A stretch of DNA of 64,000 nucleotides, from NCBI GenBank assembly GCA_002633005.1, contig NMRA01000061.1, positions 200,957-264,956 on the forward strand, read 5' to 3'. Both the position numbers and the translations under genes were made by a program. The notes beneath the pieces are model-generated. The model made no database searches, was not told the DNA's origin, and saw only the letters and a list, made by a program, of their open reading frames with translations. Numbering within the stretch: the stretch's first letter is position 1; each line of letters begins with the position of its first letter. Positions 25,401-37,949 of the stretch are shown in pieces. This DNA is from Phoronis australis (taxonomy: Eukaryota; Animalia; Phoronida).

Positions 25401-26483
25401 GTAGCCTAACACAGGTAGTTGAATTCTTGCATTATCTGGTCCATAAGAGTATAGTTTCTTTAATGACTTATTTAGCGTTTGGACGTTTAGTCGTCGGAAT
25501 GTGTCCTCCCCAATGACGTTGACTTCCGCTCCAGAGTCCAGAAGCCAGTTGACTTCTCCTCCTGTCAAGCGAAGAGTAGCATGTTTCGTCATCTTCCCTC
25601 CAGTCGTTATAGGTGCTATGGATACAAAGGGCACAACGACATACTCATCTTCAGACCAGTTGCCGTCCGTGGACACACGGCGTGCACTGTGCTGTTTTGT
25701 GCGGCACCTTTGGTCATAGTGACCAATATGGTTACATTTTTGACACCTTACATTTTTAGCTGGACAGTCTCCATCATGGGGATAGTTGCCGCCACAACGG
25801 AAACAGAAACGTTTTCCAGGTTTCGTTTGTTTTCGACTGCTCGACTGGGATCTTCCACGGTTGTGGAAGTTGACGCGTTGTCGTGATCTGCCACGTTGTA
25901 CAGCATGAACTTCTGCATGATTCGACCCATCGAGATCTCTGATTTGAACGCCCATTTGTTCATTGGCTCGTGCTGCTTCTAAAAATTTCGCCAGAGACAG
26001 CCCATCACGAATTCCCTTTTTCTTCACTTCTGGGTTCTTGCAGTTGTTAACCATCTGGGCGAGTTTTATGAGTTCTATTATGTCATTCTTGGAAAGATCC
26101 TCCAATTTAATCACAGATACTTTGTCTGTAACTCGCATGTAGAAATTGTCTATTGACTCCGATGGTCCTTGGGTTATCTGATGTAGCATGTTCATCAAGT
26201 ACACTCTGTTAAGCTTTGGTGTAAAATATTTATTCAATGCATCACGCAGTTTGATGTATTCACTTGACTGCCCGGGTGTTCCAGAGTCAGGTAAGTTTTT
26301 GATCAGTTTCCTTCCTTTGCTGCCAATATAATGTATCAACATGTCACGCATTTCACCCTGTTCTTTAATTTTCATGGCTTTTATCATAGCCTCAAACCCT
26401 TCCAACCATTCCTCCCATTGGGAAGTGATGGTGGGGTCATCATTTACATCGAACTCGGGATAGCGGGGCAAAGAAACGGCCAT
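22491..26483 (-). CDS. Gag-Pol polyprotein (Gag with two zinc knuckles, aspartic protease, RT, RNase H, integrase)
   Basis: 1330-aa ORF: CFRCGGNYPHDGDC and CQKCNHIGHYDQRC, LLDSGAEVN, FSKIDLNKGYHQL, NMSDDII, VDASPVGLGAIL, TDHKPL, H..H/C..C, SIDF, SDNGPPF and NGEAER, in the Gypsy order PR-RT-RH-IN. Confidence 0.97.
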   Translation of the reverse strand: MAVSLPRYPEFDVNDDPTITSQWEEWLEGFEAMIKAMKIKEQGEMRDMLIHYIGSKGRKLIKNLPDSGTPGQSSEYIKLRDALNKYFTPKLNRVYLMNMLHQITQGPSESIDNFYMRVTDKVSVIKLEDLSKNDIIELIKLAQMVNNCKNPEVKKKGIRDGLSLAKFLEAARANEQMGVQIRDLDGSNHAEVHAVQRGRSRQRVNFHNRGRSQSSSRKQTKPGKRFCFRCGGNYPHDGDCPAKNVRCQKCNHIGHYDQRCRTKQHSARRVSTDGNWSEDEYVVVPFVSIAPITTGGKMTKHATLRLTGGEVNWLLDSGAEVNVIGEDTFRRLNVQTLNKSLKKLYSYGPDNARIQLPVLGYFKDTVKAPQTKLATVTEIYVVKGTAGNLLGCETSQKLGLITFLSTVTREDVTDTVEQLIDEYSDRFNGIGRMKGVKVRLNIDKSIKPIAQKRTIPFHRRPQIEDEIRRLKDLEIIEDAEGPTPWVSPIVAVRKPDDSVRICIDSRAINTAIERERYPMNTIHDLIVDMNGSKYFSKIDLNKGYHQLELHPESRYITTFVTHQGLYRYKVLSMGINSAAEIFQKAVADMLADIPGVRNMSDDIILFSKTKDEHIKTIRQVLQRLREFNVTANRSKCEFFKTKISFFGHIFSGDGVSPSDDKISAIVNASQPQNVEEIRSWLGMVQYLVRFIPNYSTTVEPLRRLTKTGSQWCWGKEQQTAFLNLKENMADTRTLKYFDPTQQTELVVDASPVGLGAILTQKNSHGELSIIEYGSRALTETETRYSQTEREALAVVWACEHFNQYLEGSSFIVVTDHKPLVGIMRKVTSVPTARLHRLVLRLQPYSIQVTYRPGKTNPADYLSRHPTGKPEKSWLDEEISQIVLNAVKSYTSLSDGRTSISQEELVEETAKDEALQLIMTCIISQNWHTLSHEYAAYKRIKDELSICDGLILRGDRIILPSKLQCRAVDIAHSSHQGIVKTKAFLRQTVWFPGIDKHVESVVRSCIPCQACTETKNHEPLRMTELPTGPWKEVSIDFCGEFRTGEYILVVMDDYSRFPELEILYSTSAKATIPKLDAIFARQGIPEVVKSDNGPPFQSEEFANWAKLVGFKHKKITPRYPQANGEAERFMRTLEKAIRAATVEKGSWKQELYTFLRHYRATPQSTTGMSPSEMLNGRKLRTELPTLTKPKKVTFEEKLDFARTRDARMKTYMKDIADSRNNANKTCPLQPGDTVLVKQEKTNKLSTPYKPLPYEVVEKKGNMITAARDGHVVTRNSSHMKKIPDLCDKSQPEPGSEDTSSKEMTASDEPQLRRSSRTRNAPAKYEDFVMDI

Positions 26484-26765
26484 TTTGTGCTATTTTATGT
26501 CACTGGTCGCTTTGGTGATCGTTGTATTTCGACGCACCCTGTACTTGAATTATTCACAGAGTCCGTGCGATATGTACACACACGTCACTCAAGTGTTACA
26601 TATACGCGTTTCCGTCCACCCTGTATTTTTACACGCGACAGCGAGAGTGGAATTTTCCAGTAAGTTTAACGACTAAAGTCAACGTTTTTTGAAATCCGAT
26701 AATTGGCTCACCCACATCAGAAGTGTCCCTGATGTATGTGCAGTATATGCAATGAGTCCGTTTCG

Positions 26766-26778
26766 ATCCTCGTCGCCA
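26766..26778 (-). other. Primer-binding site, tRNA-Ser(GCT)-type
   Basis: TGGCGACGAGGAT lies 1 nt inside the 5' LTR and is complementary to ...ATCCTCGTCG-CCA, the 3' end recalled for animal tRNA-Ser(GCT). Confidence 0.8.
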
Positions 26779-26779
26779 T

Positions 26780-26917
26780 TGTACTGTATATAAAGATGAT
26801 TTCTTTGTTGGTATTTATTATCTGACCAGTAACCTTGACACTACTTATCGCTACGTCATCAATTTGTGTGTTATACCAAGAGCGGCCTCTAGGGTAAACT
26901 AAAGTAACTACATTACA
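26780..26917 (-). repeat. 5' LTR (138 bp)
   Basis: Direct repeat of 22218-22355. Confidence 0.95.
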
Positions 26918-29900
26918 CCGAACGCGATCTAGTTTTCAATTTGACTCTTCTGTAAAGATCGGAACAATTCATGAGTTACGTGGAATTCCGACCGGTGTGT
27001 AAAGTGGTAAGCGGAACTCGTGTGATCGCCATGTATTTCTTTCACGCAAAAAAACGTGGTCACGCAAGTTTCTTCGTGGGAATCGTGCGTTTTCGGAATT
27101 CAGCCACACTAAGTGAAGTAAAGCGTACAATAACTGATAGTTGCCTGACTGTCTCGCGAGCGGCAGAATCCTGAGTTTATTTTGCCGAAGACGTATTCGA
27201 GTCAATGAATAGAGCTCATTTGCACTTGAGGCGCGTAGCTCCCCCTCTGCGCAAGACCTAAGGTTTATCAAGGTGACGCCACTTATCAACACCGGTGTTC
27301 TTTAACATACACGCGGTAGGGACCGTGTAAACGTTAAAGGGATGTCGATTTCTGTGAGGCTTTTTTTCATACATTCCACATAAAAACATGTGACGTATGA
27401 TAAACCTTCCTTGAAGTGTTCGGTGAAGCGTTTGACACAAGGACTTTATGAACGCACATTAAAGGTTTGAAGTTACTGGATCGAATTTTGAGAATTAGAC
27501 GGATTAAATTTAAATTAAACCATTATACAAATCATGATATTTGATCGCCTGTCTTACGTTCTCTGACAATAACCGCGGAAACATTTTACCAGTATCTCTA
27601 GAAAAGTTTGAAACATTGGCAATCAAATGCGAGTGATCATAACGCGTTTGTAGAAAAATCAATAATTTTATGAGAACTCAGGAAACCTGGTTTAGTTTCA
27701 ATTACAAACGATTTAAAAACAATCAAAAAGGGCAAAAAAACAAAGATTCGTTATTTTTTATTATTCACAACCACTGAGAAACGACCATTTGTGAATGAAT
27801 GGTTACAGAAATCAATTTTGTTTCCACGCGTTTAGAACCTATATTTGTTTCATCAATCGTAAGATATGATTGAAACAAAATCATTTCATAATAACAACCT
27901 TGCCAGAACCATATATTCCTTATGTAATAGTTCTACAAGGTGTCCCAAACTTCCTCCGTCAGCGTGATTTTAAAGTTTAGCCATCAAAATTGGGAGTACA
28001 GATTCTCATGAGATTGGCTGGTAACGAGTAGTAAATTCTCTTGTTCACTAATTGTAAAAAGTATACGTATCTTTGAAACTCATCTCTGTTGACTTCAGAT
28101 GGAGCCTTTGCTCAGTTTTGCGATCTGAATATTGCTAGTGCATAACACGGTCCATTACCGTCAAAATTCCATTTGGACCAATTGATTTCATATTGATTGA
28201 ACATGATTTAGGAACAGGTTTTGATTAAATTGGTCTGCTCTAAAATACGTTTCGTGTACGCTAGTCTTTTTCTTAATTGGATATCAAGTTATGCTTTTTG
28301 TAAAAAGTGTGAATGGGTGAGAAAGTTAAAATGAAAATGAAAACATATCTAGAATCGTTTGAGAAGTGAATATTCCAACACACACTGAAAGCTCTAAACG
28401 CCTACGAGATGCCCTCTTATGACGAGCAGGTTTGGTGTCTTCTTCCAAGATTAGTTTTAAAGTTAGGAGTGGGAGTCGCATTCCTCTTGATGATACATGC
28501 GTTCTGTAAGCAATCAAACTATACTCAATCTCAACGCATTTGCGTGTGATTTTTGGTAAGTAGTAATTTAATGTGAGAGTGGTGTTGGCGTCGCTAAAAC
28601 ATTGAAGTGCTATTCTTTTCTGAAAATGGAGTTTGGCAGACTTTGCGTTCAAAACTTTGCCACGGTGGACGACCTGCCAAACACTGTCAAACTAATTTGC
28701 CGAAGTTTGCAAAATTTAGGCCACGCACATACTTTCAAAACTAAAATATCCATTCTAAACTTAGGCGCGCTTGTTTCAAAGCACTAGTAGGGCGCATCGC
28801 CAGGCTTGTTTGTGAACTTTGCTATGCCCACAGTAATAACAGTGAAATTGTTTTCTTTAACCAACAAGAAATTTGATTGGTAAAATGGTTTCCCTAATGT
28901 ATCTACATGTAGTGTCTATGGGGGGTCCTGAAAACACATGTATCAATTTCCATTTATGAAATGATTTAACGCAAACTGATAAAATATAAATGCTCTGAAT
29001 TCCTTGAACGACACTTGTATCATAACTCTGGCCTATGAACAGATATTAAAAACGACTTTTCCATCCAATTCTCTGATACAAAATAATTCTCTGTAATGCC
29101 CGACAACCCTCAGAAGTTTGGAGGATGAAATCATCAAAACAGGGTTTAGTATACTATTAATTTTTACGTCTTTAACATGTAACAAACTCACTGTCGATGG
29201 ACTTATCACAGTTGGTTCACGATCATATCACACTTTACATTCCCGTAGTTTGGTCACCTCTGGTTTCACAATAGCTTCCGATGAAAATTTGGAAGACAAG
29301 CGTTAACATTCCATACGTCATCTCAATCATCAATCCATGAATAATTTATTGGTGTAGTGTCGATAAATTATTCATGGATTTATAATGTCGATAATAACCA
29401 TAATTTTCTAAAGAGACACCCAAGTGACAGGTGCCAAATTTTACTGGCCGTCACTTTCCCGTGTTCTCGGGCGCAAGCACAGGCCGAGGTGTCAGTTTGA
29501 TAATGCTTGCGAACAAAAGTTGGGAAGAATTTACCAGTGTAGACTTACGGAAAATTGGGGAGAAGCTATTGCCGGTGCTCACTGTTACGAGTATGTGTCC
29601 AGTCGTGTTTGATTTTAAACTACGTAGCTGATTGGAGCTACGTGGTAACCTTGTGTGAGCAAAAAAACAGTTTAGGGTCTTTGTTAGGCCTACCACTGTG
29701 AGTGTGCGACCACCAACGTTACAAAAGACGCGCACGTCTAAGCTCTATTCCGAGGAGTGCCACTTGTTTCAAAACGTGTTAATGTCATTAGACTAATCTA
29801 TATTATGACCACATTGAAACTACGTGAATTTATAACTTACCGTAACTTGATTAGATCAACAATATTGCCTACATGCAAATTGCAATAATGGTCAAACACT

Positions 29901-29953
29901 CCATCACACGCGCAGTATTTGGTAGATGTCACCGGTTACTAGGATGACAGTTA

Positions 29954-30078
29954 CATGGGCGGCGCAGCACTGAAAAAGGGGGGCTTAACCTCCACTGCCC
30001 CCCTGTGGTGCATCGCCCATGGGTGGCGCAGCACTGAAAAAAGTGGGGGCTATAGCCCCCTATGCTGCGCCGCCCATA
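29954..30078 (+). mobile_element. MITE family B (CATGGGCGGCGCA ends), dimer
   Basis: Two ~65-bp units sharing a CATG; agtta flanks both sides. Confidence 0.8.
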
Positions 30079-30549
30079 AGTTAAGATAATTAAGTGAAAA
30101 CGAGTATATATACTCTTTTCCAGTAACTTGCACTATGTTTTTTTAACAAGGGGATTTTGAAAAACTGCAAAAGTGGGAGGAACCATGCCTAAAAGCTTCA
30201 AAGTTTTGACCATCCAGTTGTGGTGGGTAAATTATCACAGTACCAAAAACTGATGTAATAAAATTCAAAACATGTAAACATGTCTGCGGGATTCCTGGAT
30301 CACACCTAAGACTGCGTATTCGGATGACGAAATTAAGCTATGTTTCGGAAAAGTGGTCCAATTTGAACAACTCCTCGTAAAAATAGTAGCGAACTGATCA
30401 AACGTTTGCCAATTTCCGACAGTTGGATAGATAAAAAAGTTCCTACCATTAGTTGTTGCTGTACTTGGGTAGCTGGTTTTCTGTTATGCAAAATTAATTG
30501 ATACATTAGAGAAGAAAGCAACCTTTTCAAGTCATTTTTAGTAAAAATA

Positions 30550-32579
30550 AGGTTCGGTGATTATCTCAGACATATTTTTCAGTTAATAACGGCTTCCCGT
30601 AATTTCATTAATAAGTCGTGCCTTACTCCGAAAGTGACGTTTAGAGGGTTAAGAATTTCCCGCCATTTTGTTTTCATATTGTCTGACTGTGTGAGCTTTC
30701 GAGACAGTCATGGTTGTATCCCGGTTGTGATAAGTTCGGTCGTCGATTGCGTTTGTTTGCCAGTCAGTCAACATGCCGCACGGTTGTTGCGTGTACACGC
30801 TGGTTCCCTGCGTGCTTAGCCCAGCCAGCACGCAGGTATCACGCAGTGGCACGAGCTTTAGCATTGGTCGATGTATCCTCGGAAGTCATTGGTTAGCTTT
30901 GAAAAATGTCGGACTGTGAACAATTTTTACTGAGCCTTGTCATGCACGTGGCGTCGCAGCAACTATTTCGTTTCTGCAGTGATGTTTAATAGCCGCGTGC
31001 TTGAAGCACATACATATACAATAATCACATATCTGACCGATTTAACCGGTGTGTTATTCATGTGGTATGAATACAGGGCAGTATCGTAAACAAAAGTCAT
31101 CGTCAGTAGAAAGATGCATTCCGAAAAGTCACAAGGCACAATTTCTAGTCTTCAAATTTCCTGAACATAAATTTTAAGCACCGATTTGTCTGTACAACAG
31201 ACCACATTTACACTTCAGTCCATCAGTCATGCCAGTTTGTTTGCGTAAAGCGCTGCCTGTTGAGAATTCGACCAGCCAATCAGAAACGCCGGTGTAAAAA
31301 AATTTACCGAGGAAAATTAAGTGATACCTGCGTGCTGGCGCTGCTACCGCCCCACCTAGCGGCACGCAGGGAACCAGCGAGGTTGCGTGTACTCATTATC
31401 GTCTCACGCGCACTTTGGGTATGCCATTACATCGCTTTCCGAAAGATGACACACTCCGCCGTACTTGAGTCGTTCGTGGGAAGAAAGCAGCGTTACCTGT
31501 CCACGCAAAGTACAAAGCACTGGAAAATTACCTAATGTGCGGAAAACATTTTCTGCCGTCATATTACGAAAAAGGTATGTACGCGGATACTTGCAAACAA
31601 CGCCTGAAAAAGGGTGCCATACTGTCGTTGTTGATACCCGGCAGTGCCTCGTCGCCACCCCGAGAAGTGCATTTTTGAAGCGAGAAGCCTCGCGAGTTGT
31701 GTCCTCTGTAGTGACTAAAGGCCCTTCATCTATACAGTCATCCGTGCCTCCAAACGTACCCCAGAGCGTGCAACTCCGGAACTAGCAGTGATTCCCCCTG
31801 CACTGGTGTTGTCTCCAGCCCAGAGCCTGTAAGCAGCCCCACAGCGATGTTGAGTAGTGGGAGTTCGACACCCAGTGAAGAGGATAGTTCATCGTATAGT
31901 GAAGAGGCCGGTGAGCCAAACTCTGATAAATTTACTGTGCACTTGACTAAAGTATTGTTGGTATTTGGAAGGTGCCAGGTGTGAGGCGAGGGAGTCACAC
32001 GGCGGGATGTAAGCGGTTTGGGTGCTCAGACCACCATCCACTGGGAACAGCATAGGCATTCCATAAGTCTGACATAACAGTGCATACCGTGCATTTGCAC
32101 CAAGACGTCCGACCGAGTCTGTCCTATAGCTGTCAGAGTGTAATCTACATGTATCTCGCTATACGTACTAGGGCGCAAACATGTTTCCACCCACTGACTG
32201 TTGGCGAAAAAATTCTTCATCACCACTGCTATTAACAATGTCTCCGTCACTGTATCTGTGATATGGGTCGCCTACTCCAGCCATTTCCAGGATGTTACAA
32301 ACTAAACGATCCCTGAATCCAACGTAATTGAGTTCTCTAACAACCTAGTTTGTCGTGGAATACTCTTAGATGGAAGTGGTGACGAAAATTTTTGGAAACC
32401 GGCCCGAAAACAACAGTGGAACAGATCCTCACGGTAAACTCGAACGCAGAAACAAAATGGCGTGAAATTTTTAACCCCCTAAACGTCTCTTCTCGAGTAG
32501 GCCTACGGCACGACTAATCAATGAAATTACGGGAAGCCGTAATTAACTGAAACATATGTCTGGGATAATCAACGAACCT
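30550..32579. mobile_element. Second Kolobok-type relic with ~125-bp TIRs, THAP (+) and KolX-like (-) remnants
   Basis: aggttcggtgattatctcagacat... at 30550 is inverted at 32450-32579. THAP: MPHGCCVY (ATG 30773), LHRFPKDDTLRRT and YLMCGKHF. Minus strand 32030-32120: RLGRTSWCKCTVCTVMS/RLMECLCCSQW. Confidence 0.75.
30796..31382. mobile_element. Nested MITE with 9-bp TSD (Mutator-like) inserted into the THAP start
   Basis: TIRs cgctggttccctgcgtgc...gcacgcaggtatcac and their inverse; ttgcgtgta is duplicated at 30787-30795 and 31383-31391. Confidence 0.8.
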
Positions 32580-34902
32580 CATTATTACTAAAATGATATG
32601 AAAAAAGGTTGCTGTCTCCTTTAATGACATACAATGTCATGAACGTAAAATCACCCGTCAAGAAATTGTGAAAAACACGCAAATTCGGTACGAAGAGCAC
32701 GATGTGCTTCGCCTTGAAAGTATTGAAGTCACTTTTGATTGCTATTTTGAATGAGTAGCAAACAGGGTCGGGCCGCACGCTACACTTGTTTGCGTGACTT
32801 TCCGGTTGTCCACTCCATGTCGCTGTCATTCTTTGCAGCATTTCACACCTGCCGTGTCCCATTATGTATGTCATTAGCTTTTGTTCTGTGGTGGTATCAC
32901 TGGCCATTTTATTTTCACTTGAGAATGAAACAAGCATGCTTCAAAATATCGTGTGTCTTTTAATCATGTCTCTTAGTCAGTTACTTCAAAAATGCTCAGC
33001 TGAATGTCAAACTTAGTTCCGACGATACGAACGGAATGGAATAAAGGGAGTGAACAACAAGTAAGTGTCGTGTATATAAACAATTTTGCATGAGCACTAG
33101 TTGTGTGCACTTCCTTATTAAAGTCTGCCCCTCATGTCGGACTTTGGAGATAGAGAAGTGCTCTCTAGCTCCCGTGTGCTTCGTTCAGATCGGTACCATC
33201 CCTCCCTGGAAGTAGATTGCGTGGCATACGCATCAGGGAATTCCCTAGCGTATACGTATAGACGAAAAGCATAGAGACACCACGTGCGATAGCCTAGACG
33301 CTGCTAGACCGTTCGACAAATTCTCAGTGCAAAATGGGGCGTTTCTTCAACATATTTCGGCTAATGAACATTAAAATAATAACTGTAATTAAAGAACATT
33401 TAAATTTAATGCGATGGGTAACTACTATTTTTCATGTCTCGCATATGATTTTTTCAGGATATTCCCAATACCAACTGTAGGTCAAATTTCTCGTGGGACC
33501 AAGCGGCTCACTATGTACCACAGGCACCTAGCAAAACGGACCTGAGGTAAAATGAGCATTGTTTCACATGAATTAATTACCATTTTCAGAGGTATCGTCG
33601 ACACGCCAACATTACCTCATTTTTCCGATTTTCTCTAAAACGCCTCTTAATTGAAGCGTTTTGCACAAAAACGCAAAATCGTATACACACTTACAGTGTA
33701 CCACATTGGTGCACTCGAAGAAAGTAAATACTGTCTGCCCGAGTTCGAAAGTCACCATAAAGTCACCAAGCTCATAACAGAACTGTTTTCGAAATTGGTA
33801 CTTAAGTTTCTTACTCATCGTAAGGATTGATGAGAATATAATGCATAGTTTCCCTGGTTATTCTTGCATCTACAAATTTCGTATGGTAATATTTTATAAT
33901 TGATTTCCGAAATACCTTGCTTATTGAATTCTCAGTCATTCATCAGACCGATGGGATTCGAATGAGTTGAGGAATTAACGCCTTGATAATTAACATTACC
34001 GAAACGTCGTGCCAAAGTAAATAAGCTAGAGGTTGACGTAAACACACCAAGCGATTTTAGAACCGTCTAAATCACCACCCCAAAGCTGCTTTAGGATAAT
34101 TTCAGATTTCTTTCGTTCGTTGCATGCTACTAAGTCATTCCATGAGTTGTGAAAATACATATGAGGACTTTAAGTTTAGACAAGTTTTCAAAGCAATCAA
34201 GGAGAATCTAAGAAAATGTACGGGTAGGCGAGTTGATGCTGTCTAGGTTCCTGGTGTGACTAAACTAAAAATAACCCTAGAGATGAAGTTGCTAATATTA
34301 AGAATGGTTCATAATTTCGATAAAGATGACCTCAGATTTTGTGGGACACGGCATGCGTAAAATACTACAAAGTATGACAAAAAAAGGGGGTAACAAAAAA
34401 GTCACGCAAACAAGTGTAGCTTGTGGAACGACCCTTTTTTCTGCTCAATCAAAACAGGTTTCTCGAATGCAATCAAAAGGGACTCAAATACTTTCAATCG
34501 CATCACATCGTGCTCTGCGTACCAAATTGACGTGTTTTCCACAATTTCTTGACGGGTGATTTTACGTTTCTGACACTGCAGAAAATGTTCTTGGAAAGCG
34601 CCATTTTGTTTTTAAGTGTATCAGTTGTGGTGTTTTCATTGACAAATCGTTTCTTTTTTGGGTTCTACTCGTACACACAGTTCTCCAGGAAGTCACTAGG
34701 TGGCGCTTTGCTACAAATTAAAATATTCACGGTTTTAATGAGACACAAATCCCTCTCCTTTTTTAATTTTCGCACATCACTCCCTTAGCAGTTCTGAACA
34801 GGTACGTATAAGGGGGCCCTCTAGTCATTTTCTTCATACCTCATGAAAGGCCACCCCCATTAAGCTGGAAGGCTAGTGGTTTTAACAAATAGTGTTTACC
34901 GG

Positions 34903-35058
34903 GCGTGCGTTCAGTAACGCTAGGACCTACGCTAGTACATGTACCTAGCTAAAATCTAGTCAAAGTCCCGTATTTTGATTTGAAATGCACGGCAATATCT
35001 CACGTAATCTCGCGAAGTCTTGCTTTTTAGCGAGGTCCTAGCGTTACTGAACGGGAGG
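34903..35058 (-). mobile_element. MITE family A copy
   Basis: Reverse-orientation homologue of 17415-17552; CGG on both flanks. Confidence 0.8.
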
Positions 35059-37949
35059 CGGAATTTAAAGTGTTTTACCAGTTCCTACATTTTCTCAATT
35101 TATCTGCCGGGAGTGGTCACATGTCATTTTGAAGAACGAAGATGTTTCATCCAGATCCCGAGTATATTAAAAAATATTCTCACTCACACATTCTGATTCG
35201 TCCGGCAAGCCAACTTGTGACTAAATCAGCTTGTTTGATTATGGGCAAATGAGGAGATAAATCTCATTTATTTTCGACGGCGTTACAATACCGCAGTAGT
35301 AATTTTTAAACTAATTTTTTATCTGTCATTTCATTAATGAGTGTAACCATAATTGCGCACACTCACCTGAGTCACAATGAGGAGTATGCCAAAGGACTTA
35401 GACGTGTAGTGCCATTGAATTTGTTTACTAATGTGTAGAGAGCGATGGCGGCGGAGATTGGATATCGTATTTTGGGCTCCTATACATGTAGATCCAGATT
35501 TTATTTTAGCGTAGCCTACTACCCAATTAATTGGTACATTGAGACCCTGGGCTCATTAAAACGGCACCTCTTCTGAGATAATTAAATCAGAACAAAAATG
35601 TGATGTCTATTCTCAACTATCGCACCAATCAAACAAGATTAGAGACTGAATTCGTGTTTGTAATATCAGTTCATTCAAAACAATCTTTAAACAACTCTTT
35701 AAAGATGAAAATTCGGAGTCCTTAAGTTCAACATGCTGCACATAATGAGACACAATGGCTTATCTCTTTGAAATAGACTCATGTTTTGTGCATACTTAAG
35801 AAAAGAAAATTAATTTGTGGTACACTGCAGAATTACCTCTGGAAAAGACACATCAGGTGAGCGTTTTCATCACAGGTCATTGTTTAAAGCGGCTATAAAG
35901 TTACCTTCCGTCAAGAGACTTGCCAGAGGGGACTTATCGTTTTAATACATGTCATAATTTGTTCTTACCCAAATTAGAGGTAATTCCTAGGTGGATTTGG
36001 AATAAACTGAAAATTGTAACTGGTGTTTCAGATATCAATGCAATGACCAAGGGGTTGTCATGGAGGATCAGGTAATGCCCCGAGCTACGGTCTGAGGCAC
36101 CACCAAGCCTAGCCCAGAAATTTTTCCTCGCCTAACTACTTAGCCTTGAGGAATTAATTGACACCAATTTATAGAGATAAATGGGCTACTTCAATAATTG
36201 CTTTGACGACCAAAAGCGGGTTTATAACCATCTTAAGTTCAGCCAGATAAAAATCAGTATTTTCATTGGATCGAGGTAAAATTTGAGAAATGTTATCCTG
36301 ATGGTTCCATATTAGCATTGCATAAATGCCTTTACACACCTTCTTTTGTACGCACTCAGGCAGTGCCTCTTGAAACTTCTTGGCTTACCCTTCCCTCTAT
36401 CTTCACACTTAGTAGCCAATTCCAAGGTGATTTTCTCCAATGACGTGTTGAACTGAAATATGATATTGCAGTCATGTGTTACCATTACCACGAAGGAAAT
36501 AATCCCATCGTACATTTGCAGGCTTTTCATTAAATCCGACAACTCGCAGAGAGCTAAACCAGACAATAATCTTGATATCGAAATTACCGATGTTCCTCGC
36601 TATTTCATGAGCGAATGATCAGTGTCCAGGTTCTGTCTTACATAACATACTTGTAATGACAGCCCGGGTGACTTGGTCTTACACTGAATGCGCACCAAGG
36701 ATGACGAATTGACTCAAACAATTTATTTGCTATCAAGAAATAAATCGATATCATCACGTTTCAGAGCTCATTCTTCGTCTCAGAATTGTTTTTCTAATCA
36801 ATGTCTCCTTTATACATGTAAGAGTTCTCAATGACATGTTACGCAATCACAGTCAATAATAGTACCATTATTTAACACTCTGACTCGATAATGAACACTA
36901 GAAACTTACCTTAAATAATCAAAGGAAACTAAGAATTACATGTTCATATCTCTTTGTTACAATTTGTATTGAAAATAACAGGAAATGCACTTGGATAATT
37001 ATGTTAGTGGTTCAGGTTATGAAGCTTGAAATGAGACAGCAGAATTTCGCTCGTGAGTGTCAAACACTTAAGTGCAGGCTACATTGTACTTCGATAGTCA
37101 TCACTGCCGCACCGAACAGTTGCGCTTGCTTTAATGGCCGCCATTGAGACCGGAAGTACACTATTGAAAAATATGAACTGATCATTTCCGTTTATTGCGA
37201 TAGTAATAGTTTCGTTGTACAGTTAAAGGAATTTCGCGTGTTTTTGTTTGCACTAATCCCAATGTTTGGAGATTTGTTAAACAGGCCCACATATATGTCT
37301 AAGAAAAACGATTCAAGATTCACGTGATTATACCTTAAATCACTTTAAATGTAATGTTTTGCGTTTTTTAAGTTTTGTCTATGTACATGTAGCATACGTT
37401 TTGACGCAATACTAAATCGAAAACTGATAGTTAACATTAAATATCACGGAGTCCGCTGATAGAGGTACTACAGACATCAATCGAAAATTAATTACAGTAC
37501 TACCTTTAACTCGCATAAATGTATCAACAGGTTTGGCAGTATCAAGCTACATTTGGCATTTAGTTTGTCGTGACGTCGTTACAGTTGCTGACAAGACCGT
37601 TACCGAGGCGTATTTTCATTAAAATCAAGGGAAATTCAGATATTTTTGGACTTTTAAGCAAATAGAGATGATTGAAGAGACTTATAAGACTGAATGCTAT
37701 TTAAAAAGGGAAACCGGAAGTTTACGTCACATTATTCCATCGCATTTTTATCCCCGTCACTGCGATAATTCTTCACCTATGTAACACATAATTATGTTCT
37801 GATAAATTTTTCAACAAATATTACTGACTTCTTTGAAGTGTATATGTCATAAAGCAACATTTGCCAGTTTCACAACTGAAAAACGAAATTTTAGGCAATT
37901 ATTGATGTGCTTATTGAAGATTTGTCGCAACCAGCGTCCTCTTAATTGA

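Larger units (their letters stand above)
22218..26917 (-). mobile_element. Full-length Ty3/Gypsy LTR retrotransposon (Mag-like), apparently intact
   Basis: TG...CA LTRs at 22218-22355 and 26780-26917, 5-bp TSD CCGAA (22213-22217 and 26918-26922), PBS, PPT and an uninterrupted gag-pol ORF. Confidence 0.97.

Noticed and set aside
22759-26676. Short antisense and overlapping ORFs within the Gypsy element
   Set aside because: Shadow ORFs of the gag-pol frame with no recognisable motifs.
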